Shown piece after piece: positions 8,389-16,813 of a stretch of DNA of 31,484 bases. Position 1 is the first letter of the stretch. Every line of letters begins with the position of its first letter. The notes beneath the pieces are model-generated. The model made no database searches. It saw only the letters and a list, made by a program, of their open reading frames with translations, and had not been told where the DNA came from. This stretch comes from a virus. Its lineage: Duplodnaviria; Caudoviricetes. A program made the position numbers and the translations under genes. Where the stretch lies: the IMG/VR virus record IMGVR_UViG_3300020045_003117, positions 1-31,484 of that record; one strand, given 5' to 3'.

Positions 8389-9822
8389 TTACAAAATCTC
8401 ATCGTCTGAGCTAACTGGTTGAGGTCTGGATTTATAAATATGAGAAGCCCAGCCAACTTTGTACCCGCGAGCAGCCGCAATCATTTCCAAGTCCTCCAAA
8501 GTACGAGCCTGAGCTACCTCCTTTTTTTTAGCTTTTTGAGTAGCTATTTTGATGGCCGCAATATCGCTGGCAGTCAACTCCTCCAGCTCGCCCTCTCGCT
8601 CCTCTAATTCATTAACCTCAACGACGTAGAAGTGACCGCAGTGCGGACAATTAGGCGCAGGCTCGTGACACGCGTAACATTTCGGACACTGCTTAACCTT
8701 AACGCCAGCGCCATAGCTTGTAAAACGGTCGCTTTTCTTTTTACCCTCGAGAGACCATTGCCTGTCCTCCTGAGGCATACCGTGTTTTAAAACATTGCCG
8801 ACGTGGTCCAAAATATAAGCTCTATCTTTGCCAGCACAAGGTCTCAGGCCTCGACCAACTTGTTGCAAATATAAGCCCAGAGACTCTGTCGGACGCAATA
8901 ATATCACGCAGCCGATGGCCGGTATATCTGTGCCCTCACTAATCAGATCACAGCTACAAACAACGTCAACCGTGCCGTTTCCGAGACCTCCTAAAATTCG
9001 TTTACGTTCTGCGGGATCAGTATCACCGTCAACCGCAAACGCTCTATAACCAGCCGCGCGAAATTCATTTGCAACGTGCTCCGCGTGCGCCACAGATACA
9101 CAGAAAACAACCGCAGGAGTACCAGGACAAATACGCGTATAATGAGCAACGGCGTTGCCTGTTATATGTGGTTTATCGACCTTTCCAGCAAGTTGCTCCG
9201 TATTATAATCTCCTTTTTTTGTAAGCCTTACCCCTGTTAAATCTATTTTTGTGGTGTCAGCATAAACAACTGGAGCAACTAAAAAACCTCTCTCGATCAA
9301 TTCACTAACCGACGGGCCAATGATAAGATCGTCGAATATGCCTCCAAACTCAACGCCCAATCCGATACCGTCCGTACGGATTGGGGTCGCAGTTACACCA
9401 AGAGTTAAAGCGTTAGGATATTTATCGAGTATTTTTTTCCATGTACCAGCGGTTGCATGGTGAGCCTCATCGACGATATTTAATGACGGGATAAGGTCAT
9501 ATTTTAGCATCCTTTTCACGAGAGTTTGCACCGACGCCACCTGTACAGGAGCTTGTAAATTTGGGGTATATTTAGGATTGATTAATCCGTGCTTTACATT
9601 GGATTTAACAAGGGCTTTTGAGGTTTGCTCCAATAACTCAATCCTATGGACTAATATATTGGCTTTTTTGCCTCGCTCGGAAACGTTACGAGCAATATCG
9701 GAAAATATAACGGTTTTACCTCCGCCAGTCGGTACGACCAGCAAAGGAGCACGGTGTCCTGTTCGATACGACTCCCTGATTTTGTCAACGCATAACTGTT
9801 GATAGTCGTATAATTTTAACAT
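8389..9822 (-). CDS. Superfamily 2 DExH helicase with C-terminal zinc finger (RadD/YejH-like)
   Basis: PTGGGKT, DEAHH, TATP, QQVGRGLR, CPKC...CPHC. Confidence 0.95.
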   Translation of the reverse strand: MLKLYDYQQLCVDKIRESYRTGHRAPLLVVPTGGGKTVIFSDIARNVSERGKKANILVHRIELLEQTSKALVKSNVKHGLINPKYTPNLQAPVQVASVQTLVKRMLKYDLIPSLNIVDEAHHATAGTWKKILDKYPNALTLGVTATPIRTDGIGLGVEFGGIFDDLIIGPSVSELIERGFLVAPVVYADTTKIDLTGVRLTKKGDYNTEQLAGKVDKPHITGNAVAHYTRICPGTPAVVFCVSVAHAEHVANEFRAAGYRAFAVDGDTDPAERKRILGGLGNGTVDVVCSCDLISEGTDIPAIGCVILLRPTESLGLYLQQVGRGLRPCAGKDRAYILDHVGNVLKHGMPQEDRQWSLEGKKKSDRFTSYGAGVKVKQCPKCYACHEPAPNCPHCGHFYVVEVNELEEREGELEELTASDIAAIKIATQKAKKKEVAQARTLEDLEMIAAARGYKVGWASHIYKSRPQPVSSDDEIL

Positions 9823-10025
9823 ACAGTATCGCCGACAGTTTTAAGAGGTTCTTTTATGTCGTCAATCGCTTTTTTTAATTTGCGATATAAGGTAATAGTT
9901 TTGGGTTCGTTATCTTTCCAGCGAGCTGGCACAGATCTAGCAACGTTTGCCGCTCTGCAAATCTGAGTTAAGTTTGTGCCTTTCGCTTTGGCGGCTGCCT
10001 CTAGCTCAGTATATATGTTTTCCAT
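9816..10025 (-). CDS. Cro-like HTH regulator
   Basis: GTNLTQICRAANVARSVPARWK HTH pattern; first gene of the leftward early operon. Confidence 0.75.
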   Translation of the reverse strand: MENIYTELEAAAKAKGTNLTQICRAANVARSVPARWKDNEPKTITLYRKLKKAIDDIKEPLKTVGDTVC

Positions 10026-10051
10026 AAAGATTATAATTAAGGGTTACGGGA

Positions 10052-10108
10052 CAAATATAAATAATTTATGCAAATAAGCGCAATTTTAAGAAAATAATTA
10101 TACATTTG
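10052..10108. promoter_or_regulatory. Divergent promoter pair
   Basis: Minus: TTG-N21-TATATTTG (10083 to 10052); plus: TACATTTG at 10101-10108, 4 nt before the ATG at 10113. Confidence 0.7.
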
Positions 10109-10112
10109 TGAT

Positions 10113-10529
10113 ATGAAACCTACTAAAAATAATGACAATAAGGGAGCGCAAGGCGCTGACCAGTCACCGAAAAAAGACGAGAAAATACAGGACACTAAAG
10201 AAACGAAAGAGTCTAAAGAAACAACAGAGGCATCTGAAACCAAAGAAAATCAGGAAAAAGAGACAACAGTTAACGTTTCCGTAGACATTGAGCCTAAAAG
10301 CATGGAGTTGGAAATTGTCGGAATGTCTGGATCCGCAATAGACGGATTTACTGTCACAGAGAAAGGAATGCCAGAAGAGGGCGAAGCTTTCTGGGAGGAA
10401 AACAAGTCCACCAAATTGAGATCGGTAACGTATTATTTTAAAGAGGACACAACTCTCGAGCAGTTAGGTCCGCCGCCAAATGATTTTCCGTCTATGCTTT
10501 TAAAAACGCGAATAACCTTAGTCGATTAA
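10113..10529 (+). CDS. Hypothetical acidic protein with low-complexity N-terminus
   Basis: 138 aa; repeated ETKE/ESKE motifs; stop 1 nt before the next start. Confidence 0.75.
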   Translation: MKPTKNNDNKGAQGADQSPKKDEKIQDTKETKESKETTEASETKENQEKETTVNVSVDIEPKSMELEIVGMSGSAIDGFTVTEKGMPEEGEAFWEENKSTKLRSVTYYFKEDTTLEQLGPPPNDFPSMLLKTRITLVD

Positions 10530-10530
10530 T

Positions 10531-11373
10531 ATGACTAACGAAGAGTATCACGCCAATACAACGCACATAAGCAAATCAGGACTCGATTTAATTAACCGAT
10601 CGCCTGCTCACTATTACGCAAAGTACCTGGATCCCGCAAAGGTTCGCAGTCAACCAACGGAGGCAATGCGATTAGGCACCGCCGTACATGCGGCAATATT
10701 AGAGCCTCACGAGTTCGCAAAAGATTATTTTGTACTTGACGATACAAAAATATGTTTTGAAATAGGCGGCTCCAGACCTCAGTTAACCAATAAATACAAA
10801 GATTGGAAAGTTGAAATGTTAACAGAATTAAAAGGGAAAATCGAAATATCCTCCGAGGACTACGTACGTTGTTTACGTATGCGCGACTCTGTTCACAATC
10901 ACGAAGCTGCTAAAATACTACTCTCAAAAGGTGTCGCGGAGCAGTCTATTTTCTGGAATGATAGAGACACCGGAGCGCCTTGCAAAATTCGACCAGATTG
11001 GTTAAGTCAAAATACTGGATATATTGTTGACCCAAAAACAACAGAGGACGCGAGTTTCGATGCCTTTATGAAGAGTATATATAAATACAGGTACCACGTC
11101 CAGGCTCCGTATTATATGGACGGATATTTTGAAAACTTCGAACAAGAACCAGAGGGTTTTGCATTTATCGCCGTCGAGAAAACTCCTCCCTATCCTGTGG
11201 CGGTATATTTTATAACCTCCGACATGGACGTTTACAGGTACGGAAAACTAATCTATAAAGCAGACTTAAAAGTATACGCAGAGTGTCTAAAATCGAAAAT
11301 CTGGGAGGCGTACGGTAACGACATGCTCCCAGTTACATTACCAGGCTACGCTAAACAATTTAAAAATCAATAA
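10531..11373 (+). CDS. RecE-like (exonuclease VIII, DUF3799-type) PD-(D/E)xK exonuclease
   Basis: EYHA...ISKSGL...SPAHY, LGTAVHAAILEP, EQSIFW, CKIRPDW, IVDPKTT, YHVQA. Confidence 0.92.
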   Translation: MTNEEYHANTTHISKSGLDLINRSPAHYYAKYLDPAKVRSQPTEAMRLGTAVHAAILEPHEFAKDYFVLDDTKICFEIGGSRPQLTNKYKDWKVEMLTELKGKIEISSEDYVRCLRMRDSVHNHEAAKILLSKGVAEQSIFWNDRDTGAPCKIRPDWLSQNTGYIVDPKTTEDASFDAFMKSIYKYRYHVQAPYYMDGYFENFEQEPEGFAFIAVEKTPPYPVAVYFITSDMDVYRYGKLIYKADLKVYAECLKSKIWEAYGNDMLPVTLPGYAKQFKNQ

Positions 11374-11382
11374 ATCACTAAT

Positions 11383-12423
11383 ATGACAACTAACAACAGC
11401 GCTGCGCCAGCAGTAAACACAGAGGGAACCGTTAACCCTTTTTTACAAAAAAGACACGACAAACATATTAATGCGGGCACCGTAGCAATTGAGAGCCAGA
11501 GAGCTGTCGCCGAAGTACAGGGAAAACTAACTATCGCTAAGAGTTTCCCGCGTAATGAGCAGGAGGCGTTTGCGGACGTTATACAATCCTGCAAACGTTG
11601 GTCATTCGCAGACCAGGCAATGTATAGTTTTCCTAGAGGAGGACAAGCAGTTACTGGTCCGTCAATTAGAATGGCCGAGGAGTTAGCGCGTTGCTGGGGA
11701 AATATCGAGTACGGTACTCGCGAACTTTCCAGACGTGAGGGCGAGTCTGAAATTGAGGCGTACGCATGGGATCAGCAAAAAAATATCACGAGATCTGTTA
11801 GGTTTACGGTTAAGCATTTGCGTGACAAAAAAGGCGGCGCGGTACCGTTAACAGACGAGCGCGATATATATGAGCTTATCGCTAATATGGCGGGTCGTCG
11901 AGTTCGAGCGTGCCTCCTTAATATTTTGCCGGCCGATTATGTAGACGGAGCAGTCGAAGAGTGCAAAAGAACACTTAAAGACGGAGGTACAGATTTATTG
12001 ATTGATAGAGTACGCAAAGCGTTAGTCGTTTTCGCATCAGCTGGAGTAACCAACGAAATGATCGAGAGACGTTTTAATAAAAAAACGACTGAGTTTTTTC
12101 CTGAGGACCTGGCAGAATTAACGGAGATTAGAAACTCAATCCGTGACGGGCACAGTAGTGTATCTGACTGGTTCGGAGAAAAAACCGACGTGACTAGCGG
12201 AGAAAAAATCACAGCCGAGTCTCTAAAATTAAAAGCAGAAAGTAAAGAGCAGCTCGGAGCCGGAGACACCAAAGCGAATGCAAAGACAGAGACTGTTGAT
12301 GTTGCTAAAGAGGTCAAAGTCGACGCCTCTCTGGTAATTAATGAAGCAACGACAACGACGGAAGTCGTAGAAAAAGGGCAGGCACCTATTAAAGACCCTG
12401 ACGACGACGCCCCAATTTTATAA
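11383..12423 (+). CDS. Putative single-strand annealing recombinase (RecT-like)
   Basis: Directly follows the RecE-like gene; YSFPRGG...GPSIRMAEELARCWGN core; acidic disordered tail; function inferred mainly from context. Confidence 0.65.
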   Translation: MTTNNSAAPAVNTEGTVNPFLQKRHDKHINAGTVAIESQRAVAEVQGKLTIAKSFPRNEQEAFADVIQSCKRWSFADQAMYSFPRGGQAVTGPSIRMAEELARCWGNIEYGTRELSRREGESEIEAYAWDQQKNITRSVRFTVKHLRDKKGGAVPLTDERDIYELIANMAGRRVRACLLNILPADYVDGAVEECKRTLKDGGTDLLIDRVRKALVVFASAGVTNEMIERRFNKKTTEFFPEDLAELTEIRNSIRDGHSSVSDWFGEKTDVTSGEKITAESLKLKAESKEQLGAGDTKANAKTETVDVAKEVKVDASLVINEATTTTEVVEKGQAPIKDPDDDAPIL

Positions 12424-12424
12424 C

Positions 12425-12457
12425 AAAAAAAGCCGCTAAATTTAGCGGCTTTTTTTT
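12425..12457. terminator. Bidirectional intrinsic terminator
   Basis: A7-GCCGCTAAA-TTTAGCGGC-T8, a perfect 32-bp palindrome between convergent genes. Confidence 0.92.
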
Positions 12458-12458
12458 G

Positions 12459-12716
12459 TTACTCTCCAGATCCTGCGTTTACCGCGTCGGCTTGACAAGG
12501 TGTGATATCCAGAAAATACTCTCCAGAACCTCCCGCAAACGTTTCCTGAGCTGGCGTATCTTTAGATATAATCATTGAGAAACTACCAGATGGAGTGAAC
12601 TCTGCGAATGATTTATTTTCCTCGCTGCCATTTGTTACGGCGCTGCCAGATACAGACATACTACCGTCTTCGTGATTTGTAACTGAAAGGTTAAATTTTG
12701 CTCTTGTGTTTTTCAT
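12459..12716 (-). CDS. Phage protein of unknown function (85 aa)
   Basis: MKNTRAKF...SEENKSFAEFTPSG...EYFLDITP; start set at 12716, downstream of a consensus promoter. Confidence 0.8.
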   Translation of the reverse strand: MKNTRAKFNLSVTNHEDGSMSVSGSAVTNGSEENKSFAEFTPSGSFSMIISKDTPAQETFAGGSGEYFLDITPCQADAVNAGSGE

Positions 12717-12742
12717 AATATATTGGTTTAAAATTTGAAAAT

Positions 12743-12775
12743 CAAAGATAGGAAAATAATCTCGACATGTACAAA
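12743..12775 (-). promoter_or_regulatory. Consensus Bacteroidota primary-sigma promoter
   Basis: TTTG-N21-TATCTTTG on the minus strand. Confidence 0.8.
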
Positions 12776-12892
12776 CAAAACACATAGCGCCGCACCGTCT
12801 GCCAGCACCGAAATCAAACTCCTGTCCATCAAAATAGAAAACGCTTTTACTCTTATCGTGATACATACCATATAAACGACAAAGCGTGACAC

Positions 12893-12928
12893 AAAAAAAA
12901 AGCCTCAATTAAATTGAGGCTTTTTTTT
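12893..12928. terminator. Intrinsic terminator (bidirectional form)
   Basis: A9-GCCTCAATT-A-AATTGAGGC-T8. Confidence 0.9.
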
Positions 12929-12929
12929 G

Positions 12930-13250
12930 TTAACACTTATCGCGTATATATTCTACGTTTTTACAATATCGAGGGTGAGTCACCCTGTCAAATAAACGGA
13001 CCAATTTTGGCGTTTTAACGTCAGCGAAAGCGGTGTTTATGCTTTCTACAGCCATTGTCTCAGGAGCAATAAAAACCTGATTAAAATCATAACCAGTACT
13101 AGTCAATACAAAAGGCTCAGAGCTCGCAAACTCTAACGGTTCACCTTTTAAATTATCTACGACTTTTATTTTATCTCTATGGTCGTCGAGGGCCATAGCG
13201 GTTGCCGAACTTAGCAGCATGCCACATGTGAGAATTAGTAAAACTTTCAT
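12930..13250 (-). CDS. Predicted secreted protein (106 aa), moron-like
   Basis: Signal-peptide-like MKVLLILTCGMLLSSATAMA; TATGTTTG 4 nt upstream; own terminator. Confidence 0.75.
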   Translation of the reverse strand: MKVLLILTCGMLLSSATAMALDDHRDKIKVVDNLKGEPLEFASSEPFVLTSTGYDFNQVFIAPETMAVESINTAFADVKTPKLVRLFDRVTHPRYCKNVEYIRDKC

Positions 13251-13254
13251 AAGA

Positions 13255-13262
13255 CAAACATA
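13255..13262 (-). promoter_or_regulatory. -7 promoter element TATGTTTG
   Basis: Matches TAnnTTTG; no clear -33 element. Confidence 0.55.
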
Positions 13263-13277
13263 CAACAATATTTGAAC

Positions 13278-13313
13278 AAAAAAAATGCCCTGTTTGTACC
13301 AGGGCATTTTTTT
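13278..13313. terminator. Intrinsic terminator ending the virion operon and candidate sRNA
   Basis: A8-TGCCCTG-TTTGTAC-CAGGGCA-T7. Confidence 0.9.
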
Positions 13314-13350
13314 CCTAAAAAACTAAACTAAGCGGTAAGCTACTCCGCAA
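13278..13350 (-). ncRNA. Candidate ~70-nt small RNA
   Basis: TATATTTG at 13360-13353, 5' GCGG...CCGC hairpin, U-rich UUAGUUUAGUUUUUUAGG segment, then terminator; no separate ORF. Confidence 0.5.
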
Positions 13351-13363
13351 TGCAAATATACAA

Positions 13364-14206
13364 TTATCTTTCAATAATCGACATGCTAGCGTTATTATAA
13401 TCGACAGACGTTCCCACACTATTTTTGTGACGTAAAGTCAATGTCGTTCCGCCAGCTACGCTACCATAATAACAAACAGACATGCTATGAGCACCTACAT
13501 TAACAGCATCCCCACAAAAGGCTAAACCTAATTCGTTAGTTCCGTCCCATAATTGTAAAAAACCAGTATTTGCTGACCCTCCAATGGTACTTAAATCGAC
13601 TTTAGCTACTATTAATAAATCTCTAGCGCTTCCAGCGGGCACAGAATAACTCATGCCTGCAATGTTAGAGTATGCCGTTGAAGACGTACTAGCGGTAGTA
13701 TTGTTTGTTTGAGACGATATTTTTGATGTTGATATTTTAGAAGCCTCAACGATAAAAGTAGTAGAGGCAAAATCTAACGCCATTCTTACCCAATCTCCAG
13801 GTAATAAAATAATGCTTGCAGATCCGTCAATAGTATCAGAACCGTCAGCGGTTATTGTAACATTATAAGCTCCTTTATTAACAAAAGAAAGTATTTTTTT
13901 ATTATCTCCAGTTGCCGACGCTGGTAAGGTCAAAACTATATTACCAGAAGTGCCAGATATTTTAAGCAATGCACTGTAATGTGTAGCGGCAACGAGAGCA
14001 GCCGTAGCTCCAAGAGTAACAATCGACTTAAACTTTTGCGGAAAGTTTTCTATTTCATCGACATGCACTTTTAAATATGCTGTACGATTAGCTAATCCTT
14101 TAGCTTGATTATTTGAAACTCCAGCAGCTCCTCCGAGTACCTGGTCAGTTATTTCTAGTTGATAAATACCAGCGTCGTATGTTGGTGTTTCTGCTACATT
14201 TGCCAT
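13364..14206 (-). CDS. Tail fibre protein
   Basis: Follows J and I; N-terminus GIYQLEITDQVLGG...NNQAKGLANRTAYLK typical of myovirus fibre anchors; beta-rich Ser/Thr/Gly C-terminus. Confidence 0.85.
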   Translation of the reverse strand: MANVAETPTYDAGIYQLEITDQVLGGAAGVSNNQAKGLANRTAYLKVHVDEIENFPQKFKSIVTLGATAALVAATHYSALLKISGTSGNIVLTLPASATGDNKKILSFVNKGAYNVTITADGSDTIDGSASIILLPGDWVRMALDFASTTFIVEASKISTSKISSQTNNTTASTSSTAYSNIAGMSYSVPAGSARDLLIVAKVDLSTIGGSANTGFLQLWDGTNELGLAFCGDAVNVGAHSMSVCYYGSVAGGTTLTLRHKNSVGTSVDYNNASMSIIER

Positions 14207-14220
14207 TTTCTATGTATTTT

Positions 14221-14823
14221 TTAAGTTAATGTGTTAGGGTAAAAAACTGCGTCATAATTGTGTGTGCCATCATATAAACCAGTCCCGTCGTAAAGCAATC
14301 CAAATCCGATAACGCCAACTAAAGTACGGCTTTTTGGTTTATATTGCATTACAAGTGCAATTATATCGGCGAGTATATCTGTTGTAATAGCTGGAAAAGT
14401 TGCCGCATCTATTTTAACGACAAATTTAGCCCAGCCAAACTGGCCGTAGCCTTGCGTGCCGTTGTGAGTATATGCGCCATCGTAATAGAAAGTATCTGGA
14501 ACAGGTATAAATCTCACAGTCGTGACGCCGATCAGTTTCAAAGCCTCTCTAATAGCCCACGCCGTACCAGTATATTTTTTTAGTTCAATAGCATTTTTAA
14601 TAAGGTCGCGTTTTTCCTGATCCGTAGAAACAAATCGAGCGCCTTTATAGCCCATTAAATCGAACTGAGCAAGTAAATCAGGCAGAGCCTCAACGGACAC
14701 TGTATCGATCAAATAAATAAGAGCTGGTATAAAGTTTTGGTCATTAAATCGCTGCTCCATCATGGAGTCAAAGGCAGCGATATGCTCTTTATACCTTACG
14801 GATGAGGCTAATACACTACCCAT
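14221..14823 (-). CDS. Tail protein I (P2 gpI-like baseplate wedge)
   Basis: LPDLLAQF...KRDLIKNAIELKKYTGTAWAIREAL...YKPKS; YDG repeats. Confidence 0.9.
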   Translation of the reverse strand: MGSVLASSVRYKEHIAAFDSMMEQRFNDQNFIPALIYLIDTVSVEALPDLLAQFDLMGYKGARFVSTDQEKRDLIKNAIELKKYTGTAWAIREALKLIGVTTVRFIPVPDTFYYDGAYTHNGTQGYGQFGWAKFVVKIDAATFPAITTDILADIIALVMQYKPKSRTLVGVIGFGLLYDGTGLYDGTHNYDAVFYPNTLT

Positions 14824-15922
14824 TATTATAACCTATTACGTTAACAACTATTGAGGTACAGTTTCCGAACTCGTTATCTGCAATCACTATATCCGCCAAA
14901 AGACTAGTTAAATCAGCGTTGTAAACGCCGTCAGGGACCGCTAGAGAAATTATCTGATTTCTGATTATATCTATACCCATTTTACCAGCTTTCTCCTTAG
15001 AATATGCTGTTAATGCCTCTGTAATGCTCTGAGTCGCCAGAACAGGGTCTGTGTCGTTGTATAGCGTCAAATCAATAACAATAGAATAATTAATAGGCGT
15101 CGGAGCAATCACGACAACCTCATCCAAAAGTGGGACTTTTTTATCGCCAGAACAGGCCGCCAAAACCTCATCGAGGATTGACTGAGGCGTTGGTACCGTA
15201 TCAGTCAAGGGATAAATGTAAACCACTCCAGGGATTGGATTTGTAACCTCAACGTCAATTATAGCAGAGTTTGCAGAAAATGCGAAAAATTTATATGCGT
15301 CCGTAGGCCCCGCGACACTGAAAGAGGACGGAGCTAACACGATGCGATCGCGTAGCTGTTCGTCAATCTCTTCGTTGCTGCCTCCGCTTGTTACGTCGAC
15401 GTTTTCAACAGTATCAACAAACGCCAAAGAGTCAATTAATGCCGATATTTTACCAGGAATGTAACCGTTTCCGTACGTGCCTCCAGTCTGAGCAGTAGCC
15501 GAAACCTCGAATACATCAACGCCAATAGTGCCAATTATGTCGTCGGTTGTCTCAAAAACAACAGCGCCGTCCTCACTAGAAACTCTTGTGCCTTGTGGTA
15601 CTATAACAGCGCCGTGACCAGTTACGAGTGTAAATTCCAGAGTGCAAACTGCCTTAGCGGCTGGCAAGCGCGTAACGCCAACGAGTTGACCCAAATAATC
15701 TAAAACGGGGTATCTGGAAAACCTAACAAGCATTTGTTTTGCCGCATCGTTATCCGCGTTACGATTAACAACCTCGCGATAAGCAAACATGTTAATAATA
15801 AGTCGCTCAGGATCAGACTCGGCAATAACTTTACCAGTTGTAAACTCATAATATGCAATCATATCGGCGATAATGGCATTGGCCTCACGCTCGAAAAACT
15901 CAGGTATTGGAAGAAAGACCAT
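14816..15922 (-). CDS. Baseplate J protein
   Basis: SDPERL, LDYLGQLVGVTR, GGSNEEIDEQLRDRI, SFSVAGPTDAY. Confidence 0.95.
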   Translation of the reverse strand: MVFLPIPEFFEREANAIIADMIAYYEFTTGKVIAESDPERLIINMFAYREVVNRNADNDAAKQMLVRFSRYPVLDYLGQLVGVTRLPAAKAVCTLEFTLVTGHGAVIVPQGTRVSSEDGAVVFETTDDIIGTIGVDVFEVSATAQTGGTYGNGYIPGKISALIDSLAFVDTVENVDVTSGGSNEEIDEQLRDRIVLAPSSFSVAGPTDAYKFFAFSANSAIIDVEVTNPIPGVVYIYPLTDTVPTPQSILDEVLAACSGDKKVPLLDEVVVIAPTPINYSIVIDLTLYNDTDPVLATQSITEALTAYSKEKAGKMGIDIIRNQIISLAVPDGVYNADLTSLLADIVIADNEFGNCTSIVVNVIGYNNG

Positions 15923-16274
15923 AAACTACGTCGATTTGTTCGGTTTTCACCGCGTTAGTAATTCTAAAATAAACAATATAATTAACCTTACTTTGTCCCT
16001 CCAGTACGCCCGTAATTTTCGTCACGGTGATCTCTGGCATAAACTCAGTAAGTGCGTCCAGTATTTCTGCTTTTAAACCAGGCAACGCCTTGTTAACTGG
16101 TTTATCAACCCAATTCAAAATATCAATCCCAAAACGATAACGAAAAGGATCTGTACCCTTTTGAGTCATTAAAAGGATTAAAATGCGTTGTTTAATTGCA
16201 TCTAATCCCTGTACAATTTTACCCTGTCCCTCTAGCGACATAGCCCACTCACTCGATCTGATAATCTCTGCCAT
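15900..16274 (-). CDS. Baseplate wedge protein W/gp25-like
   Basis: IKQRILILLMTQKGTDPFRYRFG...EPR-like FMPEI; lies between V and J. Confidence 0.9.
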   Translation of the reverse strand: MAEIIRSSEWAMSLEGQGKIVQGLDAIKQRILILLMTQKGTDPFRYRFGIDILNWVDKPVNKALPGLKAEILDALTEFMPEITVTKITGVLEGQSKVNYIVYFRITNAVKTEQIDVVYGLSSNT

Positions 16275-16798
16275 TATGCGCCTGGTGTTGGCGGCGAAGT
16301 TATCGCCGGTGATGAAACATTTACATACGGGTGTTGGTGACTTTGTAACGATACATGTGCGCCGACCACGTCTCCAGTTGCTGTAATTTTTCCAGTCACC
16401 TCAACGTCGCCATCGATTTTTACTTTTTTAGCCGTTTTAATAATAACGTCGCCTTTCATATCGAGCGTATATTCTCCCTTTGATTTATCAAAAGAGACAA
16501 CAGATCCGTCCTCGTACGTAGTTCTAAAAACATCCTTGCCAGCACCGTCAGCAGGCTTGTCAGCGCTGGAGTAAATGGCCCCCAATATAACACCGTTTTC
16601 GCAGCGCTCGTCCATTAAACAGCAAACGTGCTCGTTAACAGACAGAGGACACTCTGATTTTGTCTTTAAAGTATTGGTATTTATAACAGGAATAAACCTT
16701 GTAACCATATCGTCCTCGTCAATTTTAACGCGATATAAGCCACTCTCCGGCTTACATTCCGATATGACTCCAAACTTTATTAAACCAGCGTTAACCAT
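16274..16798 (-). CDS. Baseplate spike protein V
   Basis: OB-fold N-terminus, GVILGAIYS, beta-helix segment and C-terminal HxH (SHQH). Confidence 0.93.
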   Translation of the reverse strand: MVNAGLIKFGVISECKPESGLYRVKIDEDDMVTRFIPVINTNTLKTKSECPLSVNEHVCCLMDERCENGVILGAIYSSADKPADGAGKDVFRTTYEDGSVVSFDKSKGEYTLDMKGDVIIKTAKKVKIDGDVEVTGKITATGDVVGAHVSLQSHQHPYVNVSSPAITSPPTPGA

Positions 16799-16813
16799 TT
16801 TTCAAATATACAA

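Noticed and set aside
10113-12423. Invertible segment explaining the lone plus-strand cassette
   Set aside because: No flanking inverted repeats or invertase seen; a divergent recombination operon is ordinary phage layout
12425-12456. Protelomerase target palindrome
   Set aside because: The A-tract/GC-stem/T-tract form between convergent genes is fully explained as a bidirectional terminator; no protelomerase is present
12717-12908. N-terminal extension of the 149-aa ORF, including a Cys-rich stretch
   Set aside because: The track start lies in a terminator and the frame crosses a consensus promoter; ATG 12716 is preferred, though a start at 12866 cannot be fully excluded
13251-13307. N-terminal extension of the 125-aa ORF
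   Set aside because: Starts inside the terminator hairpin; the signal peptide begins at 13250
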